Below are positions 36,601 to 47,592 of a stretch of DNA of 64,000 bases, piece after piece. This DNA is from Mantamonas sphyraenae STR306 (taxonomy: Eukaryota > Protista > CRuMs), in NCBI GenBank assembly GCA_026936335.1, contig JAPMXV010000002.1:372001-436000 (forward strand). Direction: 5' to 3'. Each line of letters begins with the position of its first letter. Position 1 is the stretch's first letter. The notes under the pieces were generated by a model. It worked only from the letters and a program-made list of their open reading frames with translations, did no database searches and had not been told where the DNA came from. The position numbers and the translations under genes were made by a program.

Positions 36601-38612
36601 TGCACGACCTGGGCGACAATGACCCCGCAAGCCTGCTGTCGTTGGTAAGCGATGAGAAAGTGTCGCAGGTCCAGGTGGACAAGCTTGTTGTGGAGGCGCT
36701 GGAAGAGATTGCGCTGGCCGAGGTGCAGCGCCAGCGCGATTCGGGCCAGCTCTTCATTAGCGTCAATGACCAGACGCTGAATTTGCGCGAGGACGACCAC
36801 GTGGTGTTTGCAGAGGTCCTGCGGGGTCTGAGGCGGGCGGTGGCTGAGGTGCGTCAGCTCGTCATCGGGGATCTTCTTGGTGCCGTTGGTTCTCAACGCG
36901 CCGCTGTTGCACTTGGCGAGCTCGCCTGCGTGCGCACACACACCATGGAAGCCGTTGCGCGTGCAATAGCCGATGTGCATTGCACGGACGCAGTGGCGCT
37001 GTTGCACGCGTGGCGCAACATCAACATCGAAAGTCGAGTCCCGTTTGGCTCCAGCACACAGCCTGTGGACTTGCAGGTGCACCGCCGCGCCCTGAGGGAC
37101 CTTTCGCTGAGCACCGTACAAGGCACGGGCAGAGTCACAGGCGCACAGTTCGGCGCGTTTTTGGATGCGTTGCAGGAGGGATGTGACAACCACTTGCCCC
37201 GGGGACGCAGTGTCCGTGCATCCGTGTCATTCTCGCCGACCTGGATGTTCAAGATGCGCAACGCATTTGTGGCCGCGGCTGAGCATGCATCGCAAACGGT
37301 GGACGGGGCCAGCGACAACGACGACGTTGAGACGCACATCAACTTGTTGAAAATGCTCTCACGCGAGGAAGACGCCATCCGCATAACCAACGTGCGATTT
37401 GCGAGATACCTGCCTACCTACCTGCGCCTGACCAAGGACATCCTGAGCACCACCAGTGCACACGGCCACCGAGTGGCGCACTATGAAGGCAGGCTCGTTT
37501 TCGTGGAAGAAGTGCGCGGCGGCCAGGCAAAGATTATCAATGGTGGCAATCTCGAGCGCGTGCCCCTGTCTGAGATTAGCCTGGTCAAATTGACGGACGA
37601 GTGGGACATGCCGTTTCACGCGCTGCTCGCACTGCCCCAATTGTCGACACTTCCACCGCACGTGCTCGGTCGCCTCTCTGGAACCATTCAGGTGTGTCGG
37701 TCCAAGACGGGGGCTGTGTTTGCACAGCGCAACCATCTTGGTCAGTACCTCCTCGGTAAGTCTCACGACCGCGCCTGCCGGCAGGGGAGCGTGCAGATCA
37801 GTGAGATTTTCGCCCCAACATTGCCCTTGTCCGCCGGTGCGCCTGCATTGGAACGCCTTCACGCCGTCGCTGCGGCCCATGCCACACATCGTGGCGGCCA
37901 CGCAGCTGCGGAGGACGTGTGCAATCGACGCGTACGAGGCGTGATCAAGGAGTCGTGGGTGGCAGAGGGGAGGCTGCGGCGCAAGCAATTGGAAGGGACC
38001 CTCTTTGTTGCCTTGAACCAGTCGCGCGGACGGTTCTTCTGGCTCGAGGACGGGGCTGCAATGGCCGCATGTCTCCCATTGCATACTCCGTACGCCTACC
38101 ACCGGATGCTGGGCTCACACCGGCTTGCAGACGCCGTGAAAAGCCTCGGGGCAAATGATGCAGAGGTGGAGGAGCGCTGGAGCATGCACACGCGCTTGCG
38201 GCATCTGCGTGCTGACCACATTCGCATGGCAGCGCACGACCTGCGTCGCAAACTGGGGCTTCACAACGTGCTCTTTGTGATGCTGGACGAAGCCGGACGG
38301 AAGGGGGCAGCGGAGGTGATGACGCGTGACCACATTGCCCTCCATGAGCGCGTGCTGCTGCTGAGGAGCAACCCAGATTTTACTCGTCTGCACTCACGCT
38401 GTGGGCAGGAGCTCGTCGGCAGGGGCAGACGGAAGCACGACCGCTGTGGGCGATGCCATGGGCGGAAAGGCTTTGTGAATGAGGGTGGGAGGCTGTTGGC
38501 GGCGCTGCAGCTGGAGCCGGACAAGCAGCACGTCACGTGTGCGCAGAACAAGATGGAGTGGATGTTTGCGCACACGATGGATGTGCTGGGCGTGGAGTGC
38601 CACTGGGAGTGA
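33611..38612 (+). CDS. Large orphan multi-exon gene (or two genes) with acidic N-terminus; introns 34197-34859, 35126-35207, ~36406-36458
   Basis: The first two introns join ORFs in frame; a frameshift is needed near 35450 and the phase at the third intron is imperfect. No family recognised. Confidence 0.5.
34350..34760. repeat. ~188-bp tandem repeat (about 2.2 units) inside an intron
   Basis: gggtgtgcgctgcatgtgaggcggtgcatg recurs at ~34352, ~34540 and ~34727 with similar intervening sequence. Confidence 0.8.
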
Positions 38613-39124
38613 GGAAGGGAGGGGTGGTGAAGGATTCACGGCATGGGATGTTGTTTCTGGTGCACCGTTCGCGGTTGCTGCCATAGGACTTCTGTAGGAC
38701 CTCAACTCTTACATGCATGAATGTACACCATTTCCCCATATGCAGTCTCCATGTGTCGATGTGTGTGTCTGTGGGGGGGGGGGGGGGGGTTTGGGCCAAT
38801 TTTCTGGACCCACCTTCTCGGTGTCCTTCCCATCACCCATCACCTCATCCGACAACATCACTCCTCACAAACATCACCTCCTCATCTCCCCGTTCAACCC
38901 TAATCACCAACGCCGCCCTCCCTCGCCCGACGCCACCGCTGCGCACTTGCAGCACCTGCATACACCTGTTCATGGCCTGCGCTCTCCCCAGAGCCTCAGC
39001 GTCTGCAGCGCTCCATTCACCCACCACCTCGCCGAGCATGATCCTCTTCTTCAACAGCACCCATGCAACCGCAACAATCGTCAACAATCGTGAACGAGCC
39101 ACGCATCCCTCCAACCAATAGAAC

Positions 39125-40485
39125 ATGACCTTCAAGCACGACATCATTTGGGAGGTACTTCTGCGACAAGGCGATCACATGGAAATCTGTGCTGCAGTGG
39201 ACGCATCAGGAGAGGTATGTGCATCACGGGGACTGCCGTCAACCTCATTTCGCTCACACCCGGCCATCCATACAGGAACTGAGCCTCCTCAACGAACCCA
39301 TCGGGGCACGCGGAGCAATGGCGTTGGCGCCGGCGCTCAACTCCACGGTCAAGAGACTCTCTCTGTGCTCGTGTGGCATCGGATCCAGCGCAGCAGCAGC
39401 GCTGGCCACCGCCCTCGCCACAAACACCACCCTAGAGACGATAGGCTTGGCCTACAACACCGTTGGGGACGCAGGAGCCGCTGCGCTAGCCAGTGCGCTC
39501 ACTCACAACTGCACCCTGCACACATTGTCCCTCTATGGAAACGTGGTTGGGCCCAAAGGCGCTGGGGCCCTCGCAGCCGCCCTCTCCCACAACACCACCT
39601 TGTACATGCTGAACCTGGGCAGCAACAGAGTTTGGGGACGAGGGTGCCCTGGCATTGGCCAGTGCACTGGGCAAGGGAGCGTCCTTGGCGGTTCTCGCGC
39701 TTGGGGCAAACGCAGTCGGGGCCAACGGCGCCGCCGCACTGTGCACATGCACAAAGCTCGTGGAATTGGACCTGCAATGCAATAATCTGGGTACTGAAGG
39801 AGCAGCTGCGGTGGCCAACGCGCTGCAAGAGAGCCACGGCGTGGCAGAGCTGGACCTGGGCCGAAACAGGATCGATGACGACGGCGCGGCCGCACTCGCC
39901 ACAGCTCTACGCCACAACGGAGCCATACAGTCGCTCTACCTTGCGTACAACGGCATTGGAGACGTTGGCGCAGCGGCGTTAGCGGATGCGCTGCAAGTGA
40001 ATCGGTCATGCTGTGAGATTGAGGGGATTCCGCAAGAGCTGGTGGAAGCGGCTTTGGCGCGGAATCGGGTCCAGGGAGCGCAGTTTGTCGAGAGTGCTGC
40101 GTGCGGGGACGTGGAGACCATGGAGCGGTTGCGTCGGTTGGGCGTACCTGTGGACACTGCCGCAGGAGGGACCAGCGCACTGGCGGCGGCGGTGGAAGCG
40201 CGCCAGGATGACGTTGTGTGTGTGCTGAGGGAATGGAACGCGAGGGCGTGCGAGGAGGCCGTGGCTATGGTGAGGAAGGCAGGGTGGAGGAGGGCGTGGC
40301 ACTGGATTGGGGCCGCGGGCAGGGAGGGCGACCAAGCGATGGAGTTGGCACTGGTGATGAACAGCGAAGAGAGGGAGGCGATGTTTGATGCAGGAGGCAT
40401 GGATCGATATGTGCCCACTGCGTGCTGGATGACGCTTCCGGACGAGGTGTTGGAACGCGTGCTGCGCTGGGTTGGAACCAATTGA
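39125..40485 (+). CDS. N-cap exon + LRR(9) + ANK + C-terminal F-box/PRANC-like module; intron ~39215-39275; frameshift ~39632
   Basis: Exon 1 MTFKHDIIWEVLLRQGDHMEICAAVDASGE; RI-like LRRs; NRSCCEIEG; WHWIG...MELALVMNSEEREAMF.AGGM...WMTLPDEVLERVLRWVG. Confidence 0.75.
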
Positions 40486-41670
40486 ATGCAAGCCAACCAA
40501 TCATCCACACACATGAGCGACAATCATGAGACGAACAACACAGTGATGTCGTATGGGGGGATGGCCACTGTGTCGGCCCTGCTCCCACAGCTGCACACGC
40601 TGCGGACGTTGACGCTGCACATGTGCGGCCTGGACGATGTGGGAGCGACCGTGCTCGCAGAGGCGCTGGAGGGCAATGTCAGGGTGGAAGAGCTGGTGTG
40701 CACATACAACCAGGTGGGGCAAGAAGGGGCTGCAGCACTGGCGCGGCTGCTTGGGAGACACGGCAATCTGTGCGTCCTGCAGCTCACAAGCAACCGCATA
40801 GGGAGTGCCGGGGCATGCGTGCTGGCAGACAGCCTATTGGAGGACACAACGCTGCAGGTTCTGTCGCTGGGTTTCAACGGCATCGGCGACGAGGGCGCCT
40901 GCGCGCTGGGGCAGATGCTCGCCACAAACGCGTCGCTGCAGGTGCTCCAGCTTCCGTCCAATGCGATCCAAACGGAAGGGGCTCTGGGGCTTGCACAAGG
41001 CGTGAGGAACAGTTCGACCTTGCAGAGGCTGGAACTCAACAAGAACCACATGGGGAGCGAGTGCGTTGCGGCGTTTGCGTCGGCGCTCGATGGCAACAAG
41101 ACGCTGCAGAGGCTGCACCTGCGCGACAACGACTTTGGGTACGGGTTCACGGGCCCCATGCAGACAACCATGGAGGTCAACCGAACCTGCCTCGCGTTGG
41201 AAGGCCTCAGCAACGGCAAGGTGATCTTTGCGGCCAAACGCAACGTCAAGGCTGCCTCTCACTTTGTGCGCACCAGCAAGGCCGGAGACGTGGACAACAT
41301 GGCGTGGAGCGTACGGTGGGGAGTGTGCGTCGACGCTTGCCCTGGTAGGTGGACGGCCTTGGAGTACGCTGTGCATGGTGAGGAAGACGCCATGGTCGAG
41401 CTCCTGAGGCAACTCGGAGCATGCGTGCGCAGGCAGACGGTGGACATTGCCAGAGAAAAGCGATGGAGGAGGGAGTGGCATTGGATTGGGGCCGCGGGCA
41501 GGGACGGCGACCAAGCGATGGAGTCGGCACTGGTGATGAACAGCGAGGAGAGGGAGGCGATGTTTGATGCAGGGGGCATGGACGAGTACGTGGAGGCGAC
41601 AAAGTGGGAGAGGTGGGTGACACTGCCAGATGAGGTGATGGAGAGGATTGTGGGGTGGTTGGGAGAGTGA
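40486..41670 (+). CDS. LRR(~7) + ANK + C-terminal F-box/PRANC-like module (start may be 40514)
   Basis: RI-like LRRs, NRTCL cap, WGVCVD..TALEYAV and the same C-terminal module ending WVTLPDEVMERIVGWLG. Confidence 0.8.
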   Translation: MQANQSSTHMSDNHETNNTVMSYGGMATVSALLPQLHTLRTLTLHMCGLDDVGATVLAEALEGNVRVEELVCTYNQVGQEGAAALARLLGRHGNLCVLQLTSNRIGSAGACVLADSLLEDTTLQVLSLGFNGIGDEGACALGQMLATNASLQVLQLPSNAIQTEGALGLAQGVRNSSTLQRLELNKNHMGSECVAAFASALDGNKTLQRLHLRDNDFGYGFTGPMQTTMEVNRTCLALEGLSNGKVIFAAKRNVKAASHFVRTSKAGDVDNMAWSVRWGVCVDACPGRWTALEYAVHGEEDAMVELLRQLGACVRRQTVDIAREKRWRREWHWIGAAGRDGDQAMESALVMNSEEREAMFDAGGMDEYVEATKWERWVTLPDEVMERIVGWLGE

Positions 41671-41804
41671 CACACGGGAGTTGGATCAGGGCGGCGCGAC
41701 AGGGGGCAGGTTTGCGTAAAAAGTGCACGCGAGTGGGCAGGCAGTGCAATGTGGAGCGGGAGACATGGCTGTGCGGGTGATGAGTGAGGGATGGGAAGCG
41801 TGGA

Positions 41805-42163
41805 GTGTGTGGAGAGGACGCTGAAGACATTTGTGTCGGGCAAGGTGGGTGACAAGCTGGCGGGAGATGGAAGGGTGGAAGGGTGGAAGGGTGGACGAGG
41901 AGGGGAGTGAGGGTGTGTGGAGAGGACGCTGAAGACATTTGTGTCGGGCAAGGTGGGTGACAAGCTGGCGGGGGGGGGGGGGGGTGGAAGGGCGGAAAGG
42001 TGGACGAGGAGGCGAGTGAGGGTGTGTGGAGAGTGACGCCGAGGACATGTGTGTCGGGCAAGATGGGTGACAAGCTGGGGGGGAGATGGAAGGATGGATG
42101 AGAGAGGACTCGTGGCTATGGAGTGGGCGTGGGTGAATGGATGGGCGGGTGCTCATGAAGCGA
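41805..42163 (+). repeat. Left arm of a ~360-bp inverted repeat; three ~65-bp cores with G-rich spacers
   Basis: Core gtgtgtggagag(t)gacgc.ga.gacat.tgtgtcgggcaag.tgggtgacaagctgg occurs three times; the reverse complement is at 43208-43567. Confidence 0.85.
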
Positions 42164-42804
42164 TTGAGGGTGCGTGGAGAGGATGCCATTCCCCTTTCAT
42201 CTGCTTGCTGGGCACGGCAACAACCCCAACAGGCCTCGGGTACCGGTACTGCAACACAACCCCAGAATCCAGTCCACATCGAGATGCATACAAAACGGGA
42301 AATGGTTCTGGGTGGTGAATATGGGGTGGGCAGGGTGGGAGGAGGCGTGTGGATGGGTTGTCGTGCGGCGATGCAACGGGAGCATGGTCACAAGAATGTG
42401 TTCGGGGCTCTGATTGTCGACGTTGTGGCTGTGGAGTGGGGAACAGGGACGCAGGAGGAAGTCGTGCGTGTGTGGATGGGATGTTGAGAGAGCGTGTTGT
42501 GGAGGGATGGGAAGACCCTGGGCGAGATTCGGAGGTGTGCAGGGGTGCATGGGATGAAGCAAGGTGATCAATAGATTTTCTGTGGGCAGCGTGATGACAA
42601 GGATGGTGTAGGGACGGATTGAAAGAGATGAGTGAGGTGGAAACGGTGGGTGGAAGTGTGCGAATTGGGGAAGCCGGCGATTGTGGGCGATGTTCCAAGG
42701 CGCATGGTGCGCTGTGACGAGGCGTGCCCGGTGAAATGGTGACACTCAAAAGGCGGTCGGGTCTCGAATTTCTCATCATGTGAACGAGAAATCCAAAAAA
42801 AACA

Positions 42805-42876
42805 TGGAGGCACCGGGGAATCGAACCCGGGTCGAGCCGATGCGACCGGCTCATGCTACCCCTACACCATGCCCCC
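42805..42876 (-). tRNA. tRNA-Ala (anticodon CGC)
   Basis: Cloverleaf: acceptor GGGGGCA/TGCCTCC with G3:U70 and A73, anticodon stem AGCCG/CGGCT with loop GTCGCAT, and GGTTCGATTCC B-box. A T8 terminator follows and a TATA-like element lies ~25 nt upstream. There is one extra C in the T-arm. Confidence 0.85.
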
Positions 42877-43207
42877 GCGGTCGACTTAAACCACTAATAT
42901 AAGCCGATTCACTACTCTGTGTGAGATTTGCTTTCTTCATTTGCCGGAGTCAGCCTGGAATCGGCGGACAGCGACCATGGTGACTGCGTCACAGAATTTC
43001 GACGTCAGCATCGCTTATATATATATCATGCATACATAAACCATACCATGCTTCCACACACGACTACGTCCCCAATGCCAACTCACCCACCATCCATACT
43101 TCGCCAGTGCTGCACACGGGCTGCACGTTTCTCGGCGGCACTGTCGCTCCACGCCACCTACCATTCCATCCACAAACAGAGACCTCTGAGTCAACATGGA
43201 TTTTGAT

Positions 43208-43567
43208 GGCTTCATGTGCACCCGCCCATCCATTCACCCACACCCACTCCATAGCCACAAGTCCTCTCTCATCCATCCTTCCATCTCTCCCGCCAGCTTG
43301 TCACCCACCTTGCCCGACACACATGTCCTCGGCGTCACTCTCCACACACCCTCACTCCCCTCCTCGCCTCCTCGTCCACCCTTCCACCCCCTCCCCCCCC
43401 CCCCCCCCAGCTTGTCACCCACCTTGCCCGACACACATGTCTTCAGCGTCCTCTCCACACACCCTCACTCGCCTCCTCGTCCACCCTTCCGCCCTTCCAT
43501 CTCTCCCACGCCAGCTTGTCATCCACCTTGCCCGACACACATGTCTTCAGCGTCGCTCTCCACACAC
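43208..43567 (-). repeat. Right arm of the inverted repeat
   Basis: Reverse complement of 41805-42163, including the three cores and the unique tail (gatggatgagagaggact.gtggctatggagtggg...catgaagc). Confidence 0.85.
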
Positions 43568-43747
43568 CCTCCCCCCCATCACCCCCCATCCACCCTCCCC
43601 CATCCACCCCCTCCACCCTCCCACCCTTCCACCCCTCCACCCCCCCCATCCACCCTTTCCCCCCATCCACCCCTCCCCCCCCCATCCACCCCCCCACCCC
43701 TACCCACCCCCACTCTCATGCAACCACCACCTCCCGTGAAAATCCAC

Positions 43748-44642
43748 CTAAATCTCCCCGCTCTCCACCTTGCCCACATTCTCCACCGCCTCTCCATACC
43801 TCTCCCACAAGAACCTCCCGACCAACGCCATCCCCGCCCACCACAACACCAACCCACACCCCTTGAGCACCCACACGTGCCCCTCCGGACACGCAAGCGT
43901 CACGCACGCCGCGCACAAGATCCCCACGTGCACCGGGTCACGCCACAGCTCGTTTGCATCAAATCCCCTGTAAAACAGCACCCCTGCCGCAGCCCCGTTG
44001 ATCCCCAGCGCGGTCCACCGCGACACAAACCCGTCGGCCACCACCACCAGCGTCCCGATGGCCACCGGGCTGACCTGGTTCATCGCCGCGCTCCACTTGC
44101 GCAGATTCGCAGCACAAATGGCAGCGCCACCGCAAACGGCACCCACAACGCTTTCACGTTCTCTACCAGCGACGGACGTCCTGCCTGGCCGTCATGGATG
44201 TACCCAGCAAAGTAGACGGCCGCGGCGACCCCGAACGCCACGAGGAAAAAGTACGGCGGCCGATCCAGGACCACCAGCGTTCCCAGCACGCTTCCGACCG
44301 CCGTCGACGCTGCAATCACCGCCTGGTTGTGTGCGCGGGCCCTTTCGTACGCCACCCTGGCCTGTTGATGGCCACTGCGGCTCTCTGCGCGCACAGCCGC
44401 TCGTGCCACGTGCCCTCCACGTCTGCAAACCTGGCTTCCCACCGCGCCTCGTCCTGCACCACCACGTCCCGCAGCCGCCGACACGTCCCCTTGAGCTGGC
44501 ATGCGCTCCCGTCGTCCAGGTGGCCCACGATCCGCGCAAGCACCTCTTCAGGTAGCCGTGGCAGCTGTGCGTCGTGCACCGCCCCAATGAAACAACTCCA
44601 CGCAAGGCTTTGGCTCCAACGCCGCGAAAAGCCCATCCGCAT
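43748..44642 (-). CDS. N-terminal F-box protein with multiple TM segments (split over three frames; start uncertain)
   Basis: LPRLPEEVLARIVGHLDDGSACQLKGTCRRLRDVV...W is a canonical F-box. Hydrophobic segments follow in ORFs 44080-44502 and 43748-44146. Confidence 0.6.
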
Positions 44643-47472
44643 GGGAAGACTCCCCTACCTGCTCGACGTCGACACGGACCTCAAGGCGACCCTTGCCGAC
44701 TGTGAACCACGCGCGCGCACAACGAGCCCATCCGACCCCTTTCTCGTCGCCGCCACCCGCCGTGTCCCGCTCGTCCACGTCTGCGTGATCGTGGTCGCTC
44801 CAAAGATCACCCAGGAGGCAGCAGAGATGATACGCAGTTGCACAGAGCTGCGCGAGGGAGGCGTGGAGCGCAGCCTGCTTGTGGTGACGCAGGACACTGA
44901 GCCCGAGGACCGCGAGCTCATCGACGTCCGCGAGCTTGCGCGCGAGCTCGACGTGCCCATCAACACGGCGACGCGCACCCCAGCAGCGTCTGCGGGAGAC
45001 AGTGTCGTCCTCGGCATGTGGAAAGGCCGCACACACGCCCAGACCTCGCTCGAGCACGCGCTGCTTTTCGGCCACTCGCCCAGTGTGGCCACGCTCGTCG
45101 AGCAGCGCATCGCCGATGGATGCGTCCTCTGTGGAACAGAGATGGCCTACGTGGGGCTGGCCGTCCTCTGCGACAACCTGGAGGTGCTGCTTCTGCTCCT
45201 GGATGCCGGCTGCGACCCAAACGCAGACGTCGTCGTCCTCGACGAACCCGCCTCTGGCACCGCGAGTACCCCGGCGGTGGTCTACGCCTGGCAGAATGGC
45301 CACGTCGACATGGTCCAGGCGCTCCTTGCCGCCGGCGCGTCCGCAGAACACCAGCTCGACGGCGTCACTCTCCTAGCCATGGCCTGGCATGAGCACGGTG
45401 ACTGGGACTCTGTCGACGCCATGCTGGCACACGGCGCCGACATCGATCGATGCACGTACATGCCGTCAAAGTATGGACGCAAACGTCAGGCTCTGCGGCG
45501 CCCTCTCCTCGCCCACGCTGCCGCCAAAGGGCTTGTCGACGACGTCAAGGCGCTGCTGCACAGGGGCGCGCGTGTCGACGCACGCGACGAGGAGGGTGTC
45601 ACTGCGCTGATGCTTGCGTTGGAGCGCTCGGTTCCCGAAATCACCACCGTGCTCCTCGAAGCCGGCGCAGATGTGTTTGCCCACGACGACTTTGGGGTGC
45701 ATTGTGCCACGTACGCGGCACTGGGTGGCATGGAGCAGATGGAGCTGCTGCTGGCGAGCGGTATCCCGCCGCCGGAGCAACTGGGCGCGGCCTTGGTCAA
45801 GGCCGGCGAGGCTGGCCTTGATGATGTCATGGCGCGCCTGCTGGACCTGGGTGCTGATCCTGCCACGCGCACAGAGTACGGACAGACGTGCCTGACCCAG
45901 GCGGCACATGAAGGACACGACGCGTGTGTGCAGCTCGCCCTCTCCACGGGCGTGCCCGTCGACCACGTGGACGGCCAAGGTGTCACGCCGCTTCAGTATG
46001 CAGTGTGCATGCAAAAGCACTCGACCATCAAGCTCATGCTGGCACACGGCGCTGACCCCAACCTGACCATGTCTGCTCTGGAGCCGGAGCAGCCCCCAAA
46101 GACCTGCGTCGACATCCTCCTGCACCAAATGACGACCGGCTTTGACGTCGCCGATCACATGGACACCGTCATGGAGGCAGGCGGACTCATGAGTGCGTGG
46201 TACGCGTCCTGGGCGACGGGCTTCTGCGCCCTTGCCCAATACGGATCGCCCACGTCCGTCGAAGCGTTTTTGGATGCCGGCGCAGACCCAAACTGCCGCC
46301 ACAACGGCGTCACCCCGCTCATGAGAGCGACAACGGAGGACGTCGTCGCCCTCTTGGTGCAGCGCGCAGCCGACATCGACGCAGTGGACACCCAGGGCCG
46401 CACTGCCCTCATGCACGCGTGCAAGAGAGGCGACGGGACCGTGGTGCGTGCCCTGTTGAGCGCCGGGGCCGATGTCGCCCTGCTGGACGCAAACGGGCGC
46501 AGTGCCATCGATTGTCTGTCGCCGTACGCCCGCAGGGCGACAGCCACTGAACGGGTCCCCAATCTCTATGGCGGCAACAAGCAAAGCCCAATGGTCGAGT
46601 ATGCGCCTGAACTGTTGACTGCTGGCTGTCCGGTGTCTTTCAACACAGCAAAGGCGCTGGTGACGTCTGGGGAAGCCAGTCAGGCCGTGTTGCGCCTCGC
46701 GCTGGCATGTGGTGCTGTGGATCCCAACGCACATGATGACACCGGCGTGTCGCTGCTTGCCCTAGCGTGTGCTGGCAAATCCGTGGACCTGGTCACGTCG
46801 TTTCTGGAAGCCGGAGCCGATCCGTGCACGGCGCACAACGAGCGAACGCTGCTCATGATCTTGGTGAACACGTCTGGCACCTACGATCGTGCCATCTTTG
46901 ACGTGTTGCTGAAGTACGGCGTCGGGCGAACGATCAACACGCTCGGCAAGGTGGACGCACGTTCGGACCGCCGGTCGTTTGCGCTGCTCGAAGCGCTGCG
47001 CAAGGCCAGGTGGGACCTCGCCACGTGGCTGTTGGACGCAGGGGCTGATCCGAGCGTCTCTGTGGGTGGCGACAATGCGCTCTCGGTCATGATGTCGGAC
47101 CGGCTCGACACCGAGGCGTCGGCCATGCTGAAGCAGCTGCTGAAGCAGCAGGTGCCAATCCAGGGTCAGGACGTCACAGAGTGGCTTGCGCGTCTTGTGC
47201 GTGCCCTGAACTTGCCGTGGAGTACGTACCTGCACAAGGTGGAGCCCGCGCAGGTGGATGTGGAGCTGGAGACCGCGCTCGTGATGAACATGGAGGAGCG
47301 CCACGTGATGTTTGAGGCCGGCGGTATGGACGAGTACTGGGACGCAAAGGGAGGGGTTGGGTGGGTCACCATGCCGGATGAGGTGATGGAGAGGGTGGTG
47401 GCGTGGGTTGGAAACAGCTCCTTGCCCAGCGCCCGAAAAAAACGGACGCACAGGGAGTTTTTTCGGTGGTGA
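44641..47472 (+). CDS. Long ankyrin-repeat protein with the C-terminal F-box/PRANC-like module; possible degenerate Ras-like N-terminus (alternative start 44587)
   Basis: Many ANK repeats; ends LETALVMNMEERHVMFEAGGMDEYW...WVTMPDEVMERVVAWVG followed by a basic RKKR. Confidence 0.8.
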   Translation: MGRLPYLLDVDTDLKATLADCEPRARTTSPSDPFLVAATRRVPLVHVCVIVVAPKITQEAAEMIRSCTELREGGVERSLLVVTQDTEPEDRELIDVRELARELDVPINTATRTPAASAGDSVVLGMWKGRTHAQTSLEHALLFGHSPSVATLVEQRIADGCVLCGTEMAYVGLAVLCDNLEVLLLLLDAGCDPNADVVVLDEPASGTASTPAVVYAWQNGHVDMVQALLAAGASAEHQLDGVTLLAMAWHEHGDWDSVDAMLAHGADIDRCTYMPSKYGRKRQALRRPLLAHAAAKGLVDDVKALLHRGARVDARDEEGVTALMLALERSVPEITTVLLEAGADVFAHDDFGVHCATYAALGGMEQMELLLASGIPPPEQLGAALVKAGEAGLDDVMARLLDLGADPATRTEYGQTCLTQAAHEGHDACVQLALSTGVPVDHVDGQGVTPLQYAVCMQKHSTIKLMLAHGADPNLTMSALEPEQPPKTCVDILLHQMTTGFDVADHMDTVMEAGGLMSAWYASWATGFCALAQYGSPTSVEAFLDAGADPNCRHNGVTPLMRATTEDVVALLVQRAADIDAVDTQGRTALMHACKRGDGTVVRALLSAGADVALLDANGRSAIDCLSPYARRATATERVPNLYGGNKQSPMVEYAPELLTAGCPVSFNTAKALVTSGEASQAVLRLALACGAVDPNAHDDTGVSLLALACAGKSVDLVTSFLEAGADPCTAHNERTLLMILVNTSGTYDRAIFDVLLKYGVGRTINTLGKVDARSDRRSFALLEALRKARWDLATWLLDAGADPSVSVGGDNALSVMMSDRLDTEASAMLKQLLKQQVPIQGQDVTEWLARLVRALNLPWSTYLHKVEPAQVDVELETALVMNMEERHVMFEAGGMDEYWDAKGGVGWVTMPDEVMERVVAWVGNSSLPSARKKRTHREFFRW

Positions 47473-47592
47473 GGTGAGGTGGGGCATGGGAGTTACACTG
47501 TATGTAAAGTTTTGGTGCGCAGGTGCATCCAACGCACTTCACCAGAGGGAGAGAAAGGTGCTGACGTCCACGGCACCGGCACCGCAGAAGAT

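Noticed and set aside
41805-42080. Three ~65-bp direct repeats with spacers resembling a CRISPR array
   Set aside because: The repeats are too long, the spacers are mutually similar G-rich sequence, there are no cas genes and the context is eukaryotic.
42805-42876. Atypical tRNA features (G32, extra C in T-arm) as a recoding tRNA or SINE
   Set aside because: The anticodon and G3:U70 agree on Ala, the extra C is in a homopolymer, and an immediate poly-T terminator argues against a SINE body.
250-44320. Frameshifts in TPR, AIR9-like, PDE, FPGS, the 39125 LRR gene and the F-box-TM gene as programmed frameshifting or pseudogenisation
   Set aside because: Those I could localise lie in homopolymer runs and affect conserved genes such as FPGS. 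Consensus sequencing error is the simplest explanation; polishing would decide.
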